Assembly (NCBI GenBank): GCA_035403165.1
Contig: DAONEP010000005.1
Location: forward strand, 13,499 to 77,498
Length of the DNA stretch: 64,000 nt
Direction of reading: 5' to 3'
Origin: Bacteroidales bacterium
Lineage (GTDB): Bacteria; Bacteroidota; Bacteroidia; Bacteroidales; UBA4417
The first letter of the stretch is position 1; every line of letters begins with the position of its first letter. A program made the position numbers and the translations under genes. Below the pieces are notes generated by a model that had not been told where the DNA came from, did not search any database, and worked only from the letters and a program-made list of their open reading frames with translations. Below, piece by piece: positions 9,943-20,246 of the stretch.

Positions 9943-10103
9943 GTCAGCCGTTGTTCAGGTTTGCATATTTGATTACAAACCTACGGAATTATTTGACAAT
10001 TTAACGCTGCAATTTTTATGGTACAGTAATTGGCAGACTAAATAATTAAGATTTTAATGGATTATCGTATTGCCCAAATAGAATAATATGTACTTTTGAC
10101 AAT

Positions 10104-11447
10104 ATGTTCAAGCGTTTTTTACATTTCATCGAAGCTGAATCCCTCTTCAATGCTAAAGATAATATCCTGCTTGCCGTAAGCGGGGGGATCGACTCCATGG
10201 TGTTGTGCCGGCTCATGTTTGAGGCTGGCTTCAAATTCGGAATTGCCCATTGCAATTTCAACCTCAGGGGTGATGAGTCTGATGCCGATGAAAAATTTGT
10301 GGAAACCGCCGCCGCCGGTTACAAGGTCCCTTTTTTTGCAATACGTTTCGATACAAAACAGGTTGCACACAGTCAGGGAATTTCCATTCAGATGGCTGCC
10401 AGGGACTTGCGTTATGCCTGGTTCGAAGAAATATGCCGTGAAAAGGGATACGATTATATCGCCACAGCCCATCACCTGAATGATCAGGCCGAAACTTTCT
10501 TTATCAATCTTGTCCGGGGAACAGGCATTGCTGGCCTGCACGGCATTTTGCCGCTGCAGGGCAGGACGGTGCGTCCTCTGTTGTTTGCTACCCGCGGCGA
10601 GATCCTGGATTTCGCTCATTCGCAGAACATCGTATGGCGTGAAGATTCTTCAAATGCAAGCACCAAGTATCTTCGGAATCAGGTAAGGTGGGAACTCCTT
10701 CCGGTATTCGAAAAATTAAACCCCGGGTTTGTTCAGAACCTGGATGATACCATCCGGAGATTGAGGGGGTCGGAATCGGTATATAAACAAAAGCTGGCGG
10801 AAGGCATTTCTTCCCTTGTGGAACATGAGAAAGACCGCGACCGGATCCCCATCGGCAGCCTCCGAAAACTTGAACCTGCTGAAACCTGGCTGTTTGAAGC
10901 ATTACGTCCTTACGGATTCTCGGAAACCGTAACGAAGGAAATCGCCCGTTCGCTGGGGGGAACAGAAAGAAAGGCCTTTTTTTCGCCGGTTTACCGCCTG
11001 ACGGTTGAACGCGATTTTCTTGTGATTGAAGAAACAGCGAAAATTGCCGATATGGGTGATATCGAATTCCCGGTTGAACAGCATGGCAATGAATTTATTT
11101 CAACGGCTCCTGTTCCTGTTGACTTCACCTGTGCAAAAGCTGAAGGGTTTAAACTGCCTCATGACAAGGAAATCGCCTGTTTTGATTATGACAGGCTCGA
11201 ATTCCCGCTCACACTCCGGCATTGGCGCGAGGGCGACCGTATGGTCCCTTTCGGGATGAAAGGAACCAAAAAACTCAGCGACCTGTTTATCGACATGAAA
11301 CTGCCACAATCGGACAAAAGTAAACGGTGGCTTTTATGTTCGGGAAGCAACATTATCTGGGTCCTGGGGGTGCGTACCGACGATCGTTTCAAAATCACCA
11401 AACGCACGCAAAACATTTTTATCGCTGTAATAAACGACCAATCCTGA
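10104..11447 (+). CDS. tilS: tRNA(Ile)-lysidine synthetase
   Basis: 447 aa with the PP-loop SGGIDS near the N-terminus and a TilS substrate-binding C-terminal domain. Confidence 0.92.
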   Translation: MFKRFLHFIEAESLFNAKDNILLAVSGGIDSMVLCRLMFEAGFKFGIAHCNFNLRGDESDADEKFVETAAAGYKVPFFAIRFDTKQVAHSQGISIQMAARDLRYAWFEEICREKGYDYIATAHHLNDQAETFFINLVRGTGIAGLHGILPLQGRTVRPLLFATRGEILDFAHSQNIVWREDSSNASTKYLRNQVRWELLPVFEKLNPGFVQNLDDTIRRLRGSESVYKQKLAEGISSLVEHEKDRDRIPIGSLRKLEPAETWLFEALRPYGFSETVTKEIARSLGGTERKAFFSPVYRLTVERDFLVIEETAKIADMGDIEFPVEQHGNEFISTAPVPVDFTCAKAEGFKLPHDKEIACFDYDRLEFPLTLRHWREGDRMVPFGMKGTKKLSDLFIDMKLPQSDKSKRWLLCSGSNIIWVLGVRTDDRFKITKRTQNIFIAVINDQS

Positions 11448-11540
11448 ACCTCTCACATGTGCAGCCGGTAGGCCTGAAGAATCCCTATGTTTATACAAAC
11501 AACACATAATAAGTACGTTACAAATTAATACACCTGTTAA

Positions 11541-13643
11541 ATGTCTCGAATGTCTAAACTAACCTTACAAGCAGTAGTCGCGGTGCTCTTCCTGGCCGTT
11601 ACGGCGGGAATAAAACCGGTAACAGCGCAGATCCTGGAACCGGTGAAGTGGACTTATAAAACCAACAGGGTCAATGATACCATTGCCGAGCTGAATTTCG
11701 TTGCAACGATTGAACCGGGATGGCACCTGTATTCTCAAAAAAAGTATCCTGTAGGAGAAGGCCCTTTGCCAACCGAATTTAAATTTGAAAAGAAAACAGG
11801 CGCCGTGTTGCAGGGGAGTGTTAAAGAACCCAAAGGGCACGAGATATATGACGAAATGTTCGGTCAAAAGATCCGTTCCTATGATATGAAGGCTGTTTTT
11901 ACGCAACGGGTGAAAATCACCGGCAATAAACCTGCAGCCATCAGCGGTATTCTGTATTACCAGACGTGCGACGACAAGCAATGCATCTCTGATGAAAAGA
12001 CTTTTTCTTTCACGCTCGAAGGCGCCAAAAATGCAAAAGCAGGTTCGGACCAGGCTGTTGAAACAACAACCGCCTTGCCCGATACATCGGCAAAGCAGAC
12101 GGTTGCAGCCGCTCCCGATTCGGTGGCAAAGGCAGATGCTGCTGCCGGGCCCAACAGTGATGAGTTTACCGGGAAGAACCGTTCGCTGTGGTGGTTTTTT
12201 ATCCAGGCTTTTGCCTGGGGGCTGCTGGCAATTCTGACGCCCTGTGTTTTCCCGATGATCCCTATGACGGTATCCTACTTTATGAAAAGCGGCTCAAAAG
12301 GAAAAGTACAGGCGGTTGTCTATGGCCTTTCTATCATCGCCATCTATGTGATATTCGGGGTGCTTATTTCAATACTTTTTGGCGCTGATTTCGGCAATTG
12401 GCTGAGTACACACTGGATACCCAATGTGCTGTTTTTCATCATCTTTGTGGTATTTGCGGCTTCCTTCTTCGGTTATTTCGACATTACCATGCCCAGTTGG
12501 ATGGTAAATAAGAGCGTGCAGAACGAAGAAAAAGGCGGCGTGGTTGGAACCATATTTATGGCTCTTACCCTGGTGCTGGTTTCCTTTTCATGTACAGGAC
12601 CAATTGTTGGAACGGTTGTAGTACAGGCAGTTGGCGGGGAGGTGTTAAAGCCCGTCATAGGCATGCTTGGGTTTTCGCTGGCATTTGCCATACCCTTCAC
12701 CCTGTTTGCCTTTTTCCCGCAATGGCTTAATAAGATGCCTAAATCGGGCGGGTGGCTGAATTCGGTAAAAGTCGTCCTCGGCTTTATTGAACTTGCCTTT
12801 GCGCTGAAATTCCTCAATGTCCCTGATCAAACCTACCATTGGGGCATCCTTGACCGCGAGGTTTACCTCGGGCTCTGGATTGTAATCTTTGCCATGCTGG
12901 GCTTCTATTTGCTCGGAAAAATCCGATTTCCGCACGACAGCGACTATCCTGTGGTAAAATCATTCCCGCGGCTTGTCCTCATTATTGCCACATTTGCCTT
13001 CGTCGTTTATCTGATCCCCGGTTTATGGGGAGCCCCTCTCAAAGGCATTTCCGGCTGGCTTCCTCCTATGGATACGCAGGATTTTGATGTAACAGCCATT
13101 GTGCGTGATAATTCAGGAACCGGCGGCGGTGGATCGGTTGCTGCCGGCAATCTTGCCGAAACCTCCAAGTATGCAAATACTGAGCTGAAACTGCCGCATG
13201 GTTTGAAAGGCTATTTCGATTATGACGAGGCGCTAAAGGTTTCGAAAGAATTAAAGAAACCGGTCTTTGTCGATTTTACAGGCCATGGCTGTACCAATTG
13301 CCGTGAGATGGAAAACCGCGTGTGGAGCGATCCGCAGGTTTTAAAGAGGCTTCGCGAAAACTTTGTACTGGTGGCGCTGTATGTCGACGATAAAGTGATC
13401 GAAATGCCGAAGGAAGACTGGTACAAAAACAAAGAAGGCACTGAAGTAAAGCTTCTGGGGAGGAAAAATACTGAAATCCAGCGCGAAAGGTTCGGCACCA
13501 ATTCTCAGCCCTACTATGTAATTCTCGATGGCGATGGCAATATGCTGGTGTCGCCCCGGGCCTATGATCTGGATATCAATGAGTTTATCAAATTCCTGGA
13601 TAACGGCGTAGAAGCATACAACAAGAAAGCAGCCGGAAAATAA
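11541..13643 (+). CDS. DsbD-family protein-disulfide reductase (N-terminal domain, CcdA-like TM core, C-terminal thioredoxin)
   Basis: 700 aa. It has TM cysteines in LTPCVFPMIP and FSCTGPIVG, a C-terminal thioredoxin CxxC (GHGCTNC), and N-terminal-domain cysteines in YYQTCDDKQC. Confidence 0.88.
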   Translation: MSRMSKLTLQAVVAVLFLAVTAGIKPVTAQILEPVKWTYKTNRVNDTIAELNFVATIEPGWHLYSQKKYPVGEGPLPTEFKFEKKTGAVLQGSVKEPKGHEIYDEMFGQKIRSYDMKAVFTQRVKITGNKPAAISGILYYQTCDDKQCISDEKTFSFTLEGAKNAKAGSDQAVETTTALPDTSAKQTVAAAPDSVAKADAAAGPNSDEFTGKNRSLWWFFIQAFAWGLLAILTPCVFPMIPMTVSYFMKSGSKGKVQAVVYGLSIIAIYVIFGVLISILFGADFGNWLSTHWIPNVLFFIIFVVFAASFFGYFDITMPSWMVNKSVQNEEKGGVVGTIFMALTLVLVSFSCTGPIVGTVVVQAVGGEVLKPVIGMLGFSLAFAIPFTLFAFFPQWLNKMPKSGGWLNSVKVVLGFIELAFALKFLNVPDQTYHWGILDREVYLGLWIVIFAMLGFYLLGKIRFPHDSDYPVVKSFPRLVLIIATFAFVVYLIPGLWGAPLKGISGWLPPMDTQDFDVTAIVRDNSGTGGGGSVAAGNLAETSKYANTELKLPHGLKGYFDYDEALKVSKELKKPVFVDFTGHGCTNCREMENRVWSDPQVLKRLRENFVLVALYVDDKVIEMPKEDWYKNKEGTEVKLLGRKNTEIQRERFGTNSQPYYVILDGDGNMLVSPRAYDLDINEFIKFLDNGVEAYNKKAAGK

Positions 13644-13669
13644 CCGGTTTGAGATTTCCTGTTCAAAGA

Positions 13670-13704
13670 TTCCCGGTAGTTGGTAAAACTGCCGGGAATT
13701 TTTT
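13670..13704 (+). terminator. Rho-independent terminator after the dsbD-like gene
   Basis: TTCCCGGTAG - 9-nt loop - CTGCCGGGAA, with one G-T wobble, followed by TTTTTT. Confidence 0.7.
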
Positions 13705-13773
13705 GTAACGATATTTCTCATAAATTCGTCTTATTCAGGAATATAAATGATGCTGAAAGCGAAATAAACTATA

Positions 13774-13789
13774 GAAATAAATTTATTTC
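13774..13789. promoter_or_regulatory. Perfect 16-bp palindrome GAAATAAATTTATTTC, a possible operator
   Basis: Seen directly, with a further GAAATAAA copy at 13761..13768. It lies about 107 nt upstream of the ATG at 13897. AT-rich palindromes can arise by chance. Confidence 0.2.
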
Positions 13790-13896
13790 GTTAAAAAATT
13801 CATTTCTGGCACGCCTGTTGCTTCTGTCTAAATAAACAAGCCGGTAAGGCAATAACAAACAAAAAATCAGAAATTAACACCCTAAAACCTAAAGCC

Positions 13897-15228
13897 ATGA
13901 AAAAGCTGATCTTTGCCCTGATGTTGATGATGGCTGCAACCCTGAGCGTCGAAGCTCACAGATATTATCCGACTCATGTAACCATCTCCTTTCAAACTTT
14001 TTATGATGAACTTTCGCCCTATGGCGAGTGGATCTATGCGCCCGACTACGGTTATGTGTGGCGCCCATACTTCGATCGTCCTGATGCTTTCAGGCCTTAC
14101 TCTTCAGGAGGGAACTGGGCTTTGACCGAATACGGCTGGACCTGGATTTCCGACTACCGCTGGGGATGGGCAACTTTCCATTACGGAAGATGGTATTTCG
14201 ATGATTTCCTTGGCTGGATGTGGATACCCGGTTTCGAATGGGCCCCTGCATGGGTAACCTGGGGATCATACAATGATTATTACGGCTGGGCGCCAATGGG
14301 TCCCGACATTTACGTGAGCGTAAACTTCAACTGGTTTGCCCCTGATCCCTGGTGGACCTTTGTACCCCGCCGCCATTTCTGCTCGCATCACTGGCGCAAT
14401 TACATCTATGACCGCCCGGTTCAGATAAACCATATCACCCATATCACCAATGTTTACTACACCGATAACCCGGGAATGCACCGCAACGACAACTGGTTCT
14501 ATGGCCCGCGGGTCAGCGATGTGGAAAGGTACGGAAATACCAGGGTGAGGACGATGAGAGTTGTTGATACCGACAGACCGGACAACCTGCGGACCCGCGA
14601 CGGCCAGGTTGATATGTACCGCCCCAGCGTCGACCGCAACCGTGGAGAAAGCCGCCCGGGTGAGTACCGCAATGCAGAGAATCTCCGCAGCGGAACGCGT
14701 ATCACGCCGCAGAATCCCCGTACCAACGATCCCGGCGTTAACCACAGAAGGGAAGCCGGAGCAGAACCACAGGGGGCAACCAACAGCAAACGCAACTATG
14801 ACGCCATTCAGACACGTCCCGGCAGGGTGGAACCCGGCAACAATGTTAAGAACGAACAAAAGCGCAATGCACAGCCGGTGAATAGTGAAAGAGGGAAAGA
14901 ATCAACAGATCGCAAAAGAACTGAAAAGGCGTCCAATGATAACGGCCCGTCGGCAGCCGGAAACCGTGAGCCCGCAATTAAGTCGGACAATAAACGGAGC
15001 AGCGAACCTTCAAGGGAAGCCGTGAAACGCGAATCATCTGACCGCCGGAACGCAGAAGTGAAACGTTCGGCTTCAGAAGAAAGAAGTAAAGAGAAAGCCG
15101 GCCGTTCCACGGAATCGTCAAAAGTTGAACGCAAGCAGGCAAAAAGCGACACAGGTAACAAATCCGAAAGGAGCCGTTCCTCTGACAAAACATCGAGCCG
15201 TTCATCGCGCAGCAGCAGAAACCGGTAA
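13897..15228 (+). CDS. Secreted W/Y-rich repeat protein (YxWGxW / DUF6600-like N-domain) with a long basic Ser/Arg-rich disordered tail
   Basis: 443 aa with a signal peptide. The N-domain carries YGYVWRP..WISDYRWGWATFHYGRW..WIPGFEWAPAWVTWG. The C-terminal ~200 aa are low-complexity R/S/E/K/N. Confidence 0.6.
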   Translation: MKKLIFALMLMMAATLSVEAHRYYPTHVTISFQTFYDELSPYGEWIYAPDYGYVWRPYFDRPDAFRPYSSGGNWALTEYGWTWISDYRWGWATFHYGRWYFDDFLGWMWIPGFEWAPAWVTWGSYNDYYGWAPMGPDIYVSVNFNWFAPDPWWTFVPRRHFCSHHWRNYIYDRPVQINHITHITNVYYTDNPGMHRNDNWFYGPRVSDVERYGNTRVRTMRVVDTDRPDNLRTRDGQVDMYRPSVDRNRGESRPGEYRNAENLRSGTRITPQNPRTNDPGVNHRREAGAEPQGATNSKRNYDAIQTRPGRVEPGNNVKNEQKRNAQPVNSERGKESTDRKRTEKASNDNGPSAAGNREPAIKSDNKRSSEPSREAVKRESSDRRNAEVKRSASEERSKEKAGRSTESSKVERKQAKSDTGNKSERSRSSDKTSSRSSRSSRNR

Positions 15229-15250
15229 TCATCCCTTTTAAAAAAGGCAT

Positions 15251-15285
15251 GCGGGTGCGGGGTTTTCCCCGCACCCGCTTTTTTT
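15251..15285 (+). terminator. Rho-independent terminator
   Basis: GCGGGTGCGGGG-TTTT-CCCCGCACCCGC followed by TTTTTTT, 23 nt after the stop at 15228. Confidence 0.85.
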
Positions 15286-15383
15286 ATCGGGTACAACTGC
15301 CGCACCCAGAGGTATTCCTGATGAATTGTTTACAACATTTTATTACTTTTGGAACCTTCCGATCACAGCAACTACAATTCCTC

Positions 15384-17117
15384 ATGACGATAAAAACATC
15401 ATTCCTGTCAGCTCTTTTGCTACTGGCGTTCACCGGCGTATCCTATGGCCAATCGTTCACAGCCGTGTCCGACGGATTTATCAATGTTGGCCGCAGTTCG
15501 TTGGCCTGGGGCGATTATGATAACGACGGCGACCTTGACCTCCTTCTTTCCGGTGACCCGGTAAACGGATCGTACACCATGAAAATTTACCGCAACGATG
15601 CCGGGACTTTTACCGATATCAATGCCAACCTCACGGGGGTATACAACAGCGCCGTATCCTGGGGCGACTTTGATGGCGACGGCGACCTCGATATCCTGGC
15701 AACGGGACGCAGCGCTTCCAATTCGAATACATGGCTGTTTCGCAACAAATCCGGTGAATTTGTCCCCGTTAATGCCGGTTTCCCGGCTGTAGGGAGTGAT
15801 GGGGCTGTTGCCTGGGGCGACTATGACGGCGATGGAGATCTTGACGCCCTGATAGCAGGCAATTTCAGTTGCCGCTTATTCAATAACAATGGCGGAGTAT
15901 TTACCGATGTTAACGCAGAATTGCCGCCCATCAATAACGGCTGGGTTGATTGGGGCGATTTCGACAATGACGGCGACCTCGACATCTTTGTAATGGGCGA
16001 TCTGGGAGGTGTTCTTGTTTCGGATATTTACCGTAACGATGAAGACTTCTTTACTGCAATGGGAACAGGAATTATGCCGCTTTCCGGAGGAACCGCCTCG
16101 TGGTGCGACGTTGATAACGATCACGACCTTGACTTACTGGTAAACGGATTTGATGAATACCTTGAACCGAAGACCCTCATCTATCAAAATTTGGGAGGGA
16201 TGCAGTTTTTTTGTATGATACCGGGAATGGTAAATTCATCATTGGGGACTGTTGCCTGGGGCGACTATGATAACGACGGGGATGCTGATGCGCTGATTAC
16301 CGGCCAGAACCCTGCCTGCGGAAGCCTTTCATCGGTAATATACCGCAATGACGGGGGGTATATGTTCACCAATATTTCAGCGGGACTGGCGGGCGTTGAG
16401 CGTGGCTGTTCCACCTGGGGCGATTACGACAACGACGGCGACCTCGATATTGTCCTTTCCGGAAGTTCTGAATCCGGCTCGCCGATCACTGCGCTCTACC
16501 GGAATAATGCAGGCAGTAATGTTTTCCAGGAAAATACCCCGCCGCTGGCTCCTGCCGGACTAACATCAACAGTTTCAGGACACCAGGTGCTTCTGGCCTG
16601 GAACCAGGCAACGGATGATCATACCCCCACGCAGGCGCTGACCTACAATCTGCGGATCGGAACCACTCCCGGTGGCAACGAAATAATTGCCTGCATGGCT
16701 AACAGCGCCGACGGACACCGGCTGATTTCCCAACCCGGCAACGTTTCAAATGATACTTCCTGGGTCGTGAACCTGCCCGACGGGAATTATTACTGGAGCA
16801 TCCAGGCGCTTGACCAGGCTTTTCTTGGTTCGCAATTTGCAGGAGAACAGCAGTTTACGGTACTGAATGCCGGAATCCTGAAAAATGAAAATCCGGCTGT
16901 CTGTCACTTTCAAAATCCTTTTTCCGATCAACTCTCCATCCGGAGTGAGGGTAAATTCAGGATACAAATCAGGGATTCCTTCGGGCGGATAGTTTATACC
17001 GGGGATGAACCGGAATTTCATCATGAAATTGAAACCGCATGTTGGCCTTCAGGGGTATACCTATTGAACATCAGCGGTGAGAAAGGCAATTATATGATGA
17101 AAGCCATCCGGAAATAG
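15384..17117 (+). CDS. FG-GAP/VCBS-repeat protein with a T9SS C-terminal sorting domain
   Basis: It has about 8 repeats of WGDYDNDGDLD-type calcium-binding FG-GAP motifs. The signal peptide starts at the ATG at 15384 (MTIKTSFLSALLLLAF). The C-terminal ~80 aa are Por_Secre_tail-like (NPFSDQLSI...GVYLLNI). The track start at 15249 runs through the upstream terminator. Confidence 0.8.
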   Translation: MTIKTSFLSALLLLAFTGVSYGQSFTAVSDGFINVGRSSLAWGDYDNDGDLDLLLSGDPVNGSYTMKIYRNDAGTFTDINANLTGVYNSAVSWGDFDGDGDLDILATGRSASNSNTWLFRNKSGEFVPVNAGFPAVGSDGAVAWGDYDGDGDLDALIAGNFSCRLFNNNGGVFTDVNAELPPINNGWVDWGDFDNDGDLDIFVMGDLGGVLVSDIYRNDEDFFTAMGTGIMPLSGGTASWCDVDNDHDLDLLVNGFDEYLEPKTLIYQNLGGMQFFCMIPGMVNSSLGTVAWGDYDNDGDADALITGQNPACGSLSSVIYRNDGGYMFTNISAGLAGVERGCSTWGDYDNDGDLDIVLSGSSESGSPITALYRNNAGSNVFQENTPPLAPAGLTSTVSGHQVLLAWNQATDDHTPTQALTYNLRIGTTPGGNEIIACMANSADGHRLISQPGNVSNDTSWVVNLPDGNYYWSIQALDQAFLGSQFAGEQQFTVLNAGILKNENPAVCHFQNPFSDQLSIRSEGKFRIQIRDSFGRIVYTGDEPEFHHEIETACWPSGVYLLNISGEKGNYMMKAIRK

Positions 17118-17164
17118 ATGGCTTTCCTATTCGCTTCGGTTATAATTCTGGAGCGTCCGGACTG

Positions 17165-18547
17165 TTATTCAATCTCTTGTTTCAGGTCGCCGGCAAAATA
17201 GCGGTAAAACCAGGTGATGGTTTCAATGCCTTTATAGAAACACTCGAGCTGAAAGTTTTCATTGGGCGAGTGTGCGGCATCGGTATCGAGCCCGAATCCC
17301 ATCAGTATGCTCTTGATCCCGAGTGTTTTCTCGAAGGTGGTAATGATGGGAATGCTTCCGCCGCTGCGTACAGGCACGGGTTTCACGCCGAAGGTGGTTT
17401 CATAGGCTTTGCTTGCTGCGCGGTAAGCCCGCGTTGACGTTGGCGATACATAGGGGAAACCGCCGTGATCTTCCTTTACTCTTATTTTAACACTGGGCGG
17501 GGCGATCCTCTCGAAGTGACGGGCAAACAATTGGGCAATTTTGTGGGGATCCTGATTGGGGACCAGGCGCATGCTGATTTTAGCCGAAGCTTTGGCCGGC
17601 AGCACGGTTTTTGAGCCTTCTCCGGTGTATCCGCCCCAGATTCCGTTTACATCAAGCGTAGGCCTGATGCCGGTGCATTCCTGTATTGTATATCCCTTTT
17701 CACACAGGGGCTCGCTGATATCAATTTTCCGTTTATACTCTTCAAGGTTGAAAGGGGCCCGGGCCAGGTCGTTGCGATCTTCGGCTGAAAGTTCTGTTAC
17801 GTCGTCGTAAAAACCGGGAATGGTAATATGGTGGTTTTCGTCGTGCAGCGAAGCAATGAGGCTGGCAAGGACGTTGGCCGGATTGGCCACAGCCCCGCCG
17901 TACAAACCGGAATGCAGGTCTTTATCAGGGCCTGTGACTTCCACTTCCATGTAGGCCAGCCCGCGCAGCCCCACGGTGATGCTGGGGATATCAAGGGCGA
18001 TCATGCTGGTATCGCTCACCAGGATCAGATCGGCAGCCAGCATTTCCTTGTTTTCGGGCAGCCATTTTGCCAGGGCCGGAGAGCCCATCTCTTCTTCGCC
18101 TTCGAGCATGAATTTTACATTGCAGGGCAATTGTCCTGTTTTTACAAGGTATTCAAACGCTTTCACCTGCATGAAAAGCTGACCTTTATCATCAACAGCG
18201 CCACGCGCAAAGATTTTTCCATCGGCGATAACCGGTTCAAAGGGAGGAGTTTTCCAAAGTTCAACCGGATCAACCGGCATCACATCATAGTGGCCGTAAA
18301 CGAGGATGGTCGGTTTGGCGGGATCGGTGATTTTTTCCCCGTAAACCACAGGATGCCCGGTGGTGGGATAAACCCCGGCTTTATCGGCTCCGGCTTTCAG
18401 CAGCGATTCCGTAATATACTCTGCTGCCAGTTTCATGTCATTTTTATGTTCGCTTTCGGAACTGATAGACGGAATTCGGATAAGGTCGAAAAGTTCCTGC
18501 AGGAACCTGGCTTTGTTGGCTTCAAGGTAAGATTTAATAGTATCCAT
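17165..18547 (-). CDS. M20-family metallo-dipeptidase
   Basis: 460 aa. The pattern GHYDVMP..ARGAVDDKGQ..EGEEEMGS..H near the C-terminus matches M20 (ArgE/DapE/ACY1/DUG1-like) metal ligands. Confidence 0.85.
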   Translation of the reverse strand: MDTIKSYLEANKARFLQELFDLIRIPSISSESEHKNDMKLAAEYITESLLKAGADKAGVYPTTGHPVVYGEKITDPAKPTILVYGHYDVMPVDPVELWKTPPFEPVIADGKIFARGAVDDKGQLFMQVKAFEYLVKTGQLPCNVKFMLEGEEEMGSPALAKWLPENKEMLAADLILVSDTSMIALDIPSITVGLRGLAYMEVEVTGPDKDLHSGLYGGAVANPANVLASLIASLHDENHHITIPGFYDDVTELSAEDRNDLARAPFNLEEYKRKIDISEPLCEKGYTIQECTGIRPTLDVNGIWGGYTGEGSKTVLPAKASAKISMRLVPNQDPHKIAQLFARHFERIAPPSVKIRVKEDHGGFPYVSPTSTRAYRAASKAYETTFGVKPVPVRSGGSIPIITTFEKTLGIKSILMGFGLDTDAAHSPNENFQLECFYKGIETITWFYRYFAGDLKQEIE

Positions 18548-18620
18548 CAGGTGTAGTTTTTAGTCTTTTCAAAGGTAATCAAAGATGTTGAACAGGGGGA
18601 TGGGAATTGATGCAGGCCAT

Positions 18621-18655
18621 AAAAAGAGAAGCTCCCGGTGTTCACGGGAGCTCTC
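18621..18655 (-). terminator. Rho-independent terminator for the lipoprotein gene at 18682..19194
   Basis: The minus strand reads GAGAGCTCCCG-TGAACAC-CGGGAGCTTCTC, with one bulge, followed by TTTTT. Confidence 0.7.
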
Positions 18656-18681
18656 ATAAAGTTACAAAACGAAAGGGCTTT

Positions 18682-19194
18682 CTATTCTTTGATACCGTAT
18701 TTTGTGCATACTTCGTGGTACGTCATTTTCCGGAGTTCGTCTGCCGTAACGTTTGTTCCGGATGATGTTTTCAGGAAATTACTTGCCGGGATAAGGATGA
18801 ACCTGAAGTAATAATCGGAAGTTCCGGGTACATAAAGGGCGTCGGAGGTAAACTCGATCTGTCCGTAGTCCGGTATCAGGAAATCCCAGTTTGCGCCAAT
18901 GGCATAGCAGGGCATGGGCCTAACCGGCGCATCGTAAATATCGCCGGGAAGGCTGCAGTATGCAAGAATAACGCCTGATTCTACAATGTCTTCCGTTATT
19001 TCGTTGCACGAAATATCAAAGTACCAGTCGCCGGTTTTACCGGCCCAGGTTGCCGGCTTATACCATTGGGAAGCTATGACATTGGCGTTGCCGTCGATGC
19101 CGTCTTTGCCTGCCGGGCCTTCTTTTCCGCATCCGGACCAGGTTATGGATGCTGCAACTGCCAGGAAGATAAACAAATAAAGGTTGGTTTTCAT
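18682..19194 (-). CDS. Lipoprotein of unknown function with a short collagen-like G-x-y stretch
   Basis: There is a lipobox at ITWSGC after MKTNLYLFIFLAVAA, then GPAGKDGIDG. I chose the ATG at 19194 over the track start at 19275. Confidence 0.55.
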   Translation of the reverse strand: MKTNLYLFIFLAVAASITWSGCGKEGPAGKDGIDGNANVIASQWYKPATWAGKTGDWYFDISCNEITEDIVESGVILAYCSLPGDIYDAPVRPMPCYAIGANWDFLIPDYGQIEFTSDALYVPGTSDYYFRFILIPASNFLKTSSGTNVTADELRKMTYHEVCTKYGIKE

Positions 19195-19385
19195 ATTTGA
19201 ATGTTTAGGGTGAATGGTTGTCAGGGGCTGTCTCTGATGCATTGCAATGATACCAATTACTGTGCCATAAAACAATGCTTTGATAAATAAGATTGGACCA
19301 TTACTTTTTTTTTGACAGGCAATCCGTGCTGTTGGAAGCCGGAATTGAGGATCACAGGGTATGGCATGATCTATAAGGCGGCGGC

Positions 19386-20210
19386 TTACCTGTAATCAGG
19401 AAGCCCGGGGCGTGCGGTATCCGGTATGCTGTTGTCTGAACGGGGACAGTACTGTTTCATTTCAACCGTTTCACCGTCAAAACGGGCGTAGGTGAATTTC
19501 GACACCCAATCGCCGAGGATAACGGCCTGGGCTTTCGGGGATATACTGACCACATCCGGGAAATGAACATGCCCGAAGATGAAATAATCGATTGAAGGAT
19601 CTTTTTGTGCCATTTCCCTGCTGAAAATGATCATAGGTTCCTTTTCCACAGGTACCTTTCTTTTGATGTCGCCTTCGCCTTTCAGCATTTTCGTAAGGCG
19701 GCTGCGACGCGAAAAATAAGCGCCGAGCCGGGTGCCGATATCCGGATGTATCCAGCGGTACAGCCATTGGTTGAATCGGCATTCGAACACCATCTTTAAA
19801 AATTTGTAACTGTGATCGCCGGGGCCTAACCCGTCGCCATGGGCCAGGAAAAACTTTTTATTTCCGAGTTGCACGATCATCGGGGCGCGATGCAGGAGAA
19901 TTCCCAATTCATCCTCCAGGTACCGGAACGCCCAGAGGTCATGGTTGCCTCGGAACAGGTGAACTTCGATGCCGGCATCGGTCATTTCACCCAACTTGCC
20001 AAGCATACGGATGTACCCTTTAGGAACCACAGTCCTGAATTCATACCAAAAGTCAAACAAGTCTCCCATCAGGTAAATGGCTGAAGCGTCTTTTTTTACC
20101 TCGTCGAGCCATTGAATAAACTTCCGCTCACGTATTAAACTTCCGCGGCGGTCGGGAATGCCGAAATGAAAATCGCTGGCGAAATAAATTGCTTTGTTGC
20201 TGTCGGTCAT
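19386..20210 (-). CDS. lpxH: UDP-2,3-diacylglucosamine diphosphatase (LpxH-type metallophosphoesterase)
   Basis: Calcineurin-like motifs are present: SDFHFG, GDLFDFW, GNHD, GH..H. The size and motif order are typical of LpxH. The ATG at 20210 is preferred to the TTG at 20228. Confidence 0.75.
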   Translation of the reverse strand: MTDSNKAIYFASDFHFGIPDRRGSLIRERKFIQWLDEVKKDASAIYLMGDLFDFWYEFRTVVPKGYIRMLGKLGEMTDAGIEVHLFRGNHDLWAFRYLEDELGILLHRAPMIVQLGNKKFFLAHGDGLGPGDHSYKFLKMVFECRFNQWLYRWIHPDIGTRLGAYFSRRSRLTKMLKGEGDIKRKVPVEKEPMIIFSREMAQKDPSIDYFIFGHVHFPDVVSISPKAQAVILGDWVSKFTYARFDGETVEMKQYCPRSDNSIPDTARPGLPDYR

Positions 20211-20246
20211 CGGTCGTGCCAGTTTCAACAGGAGTTAAAGGGATTT

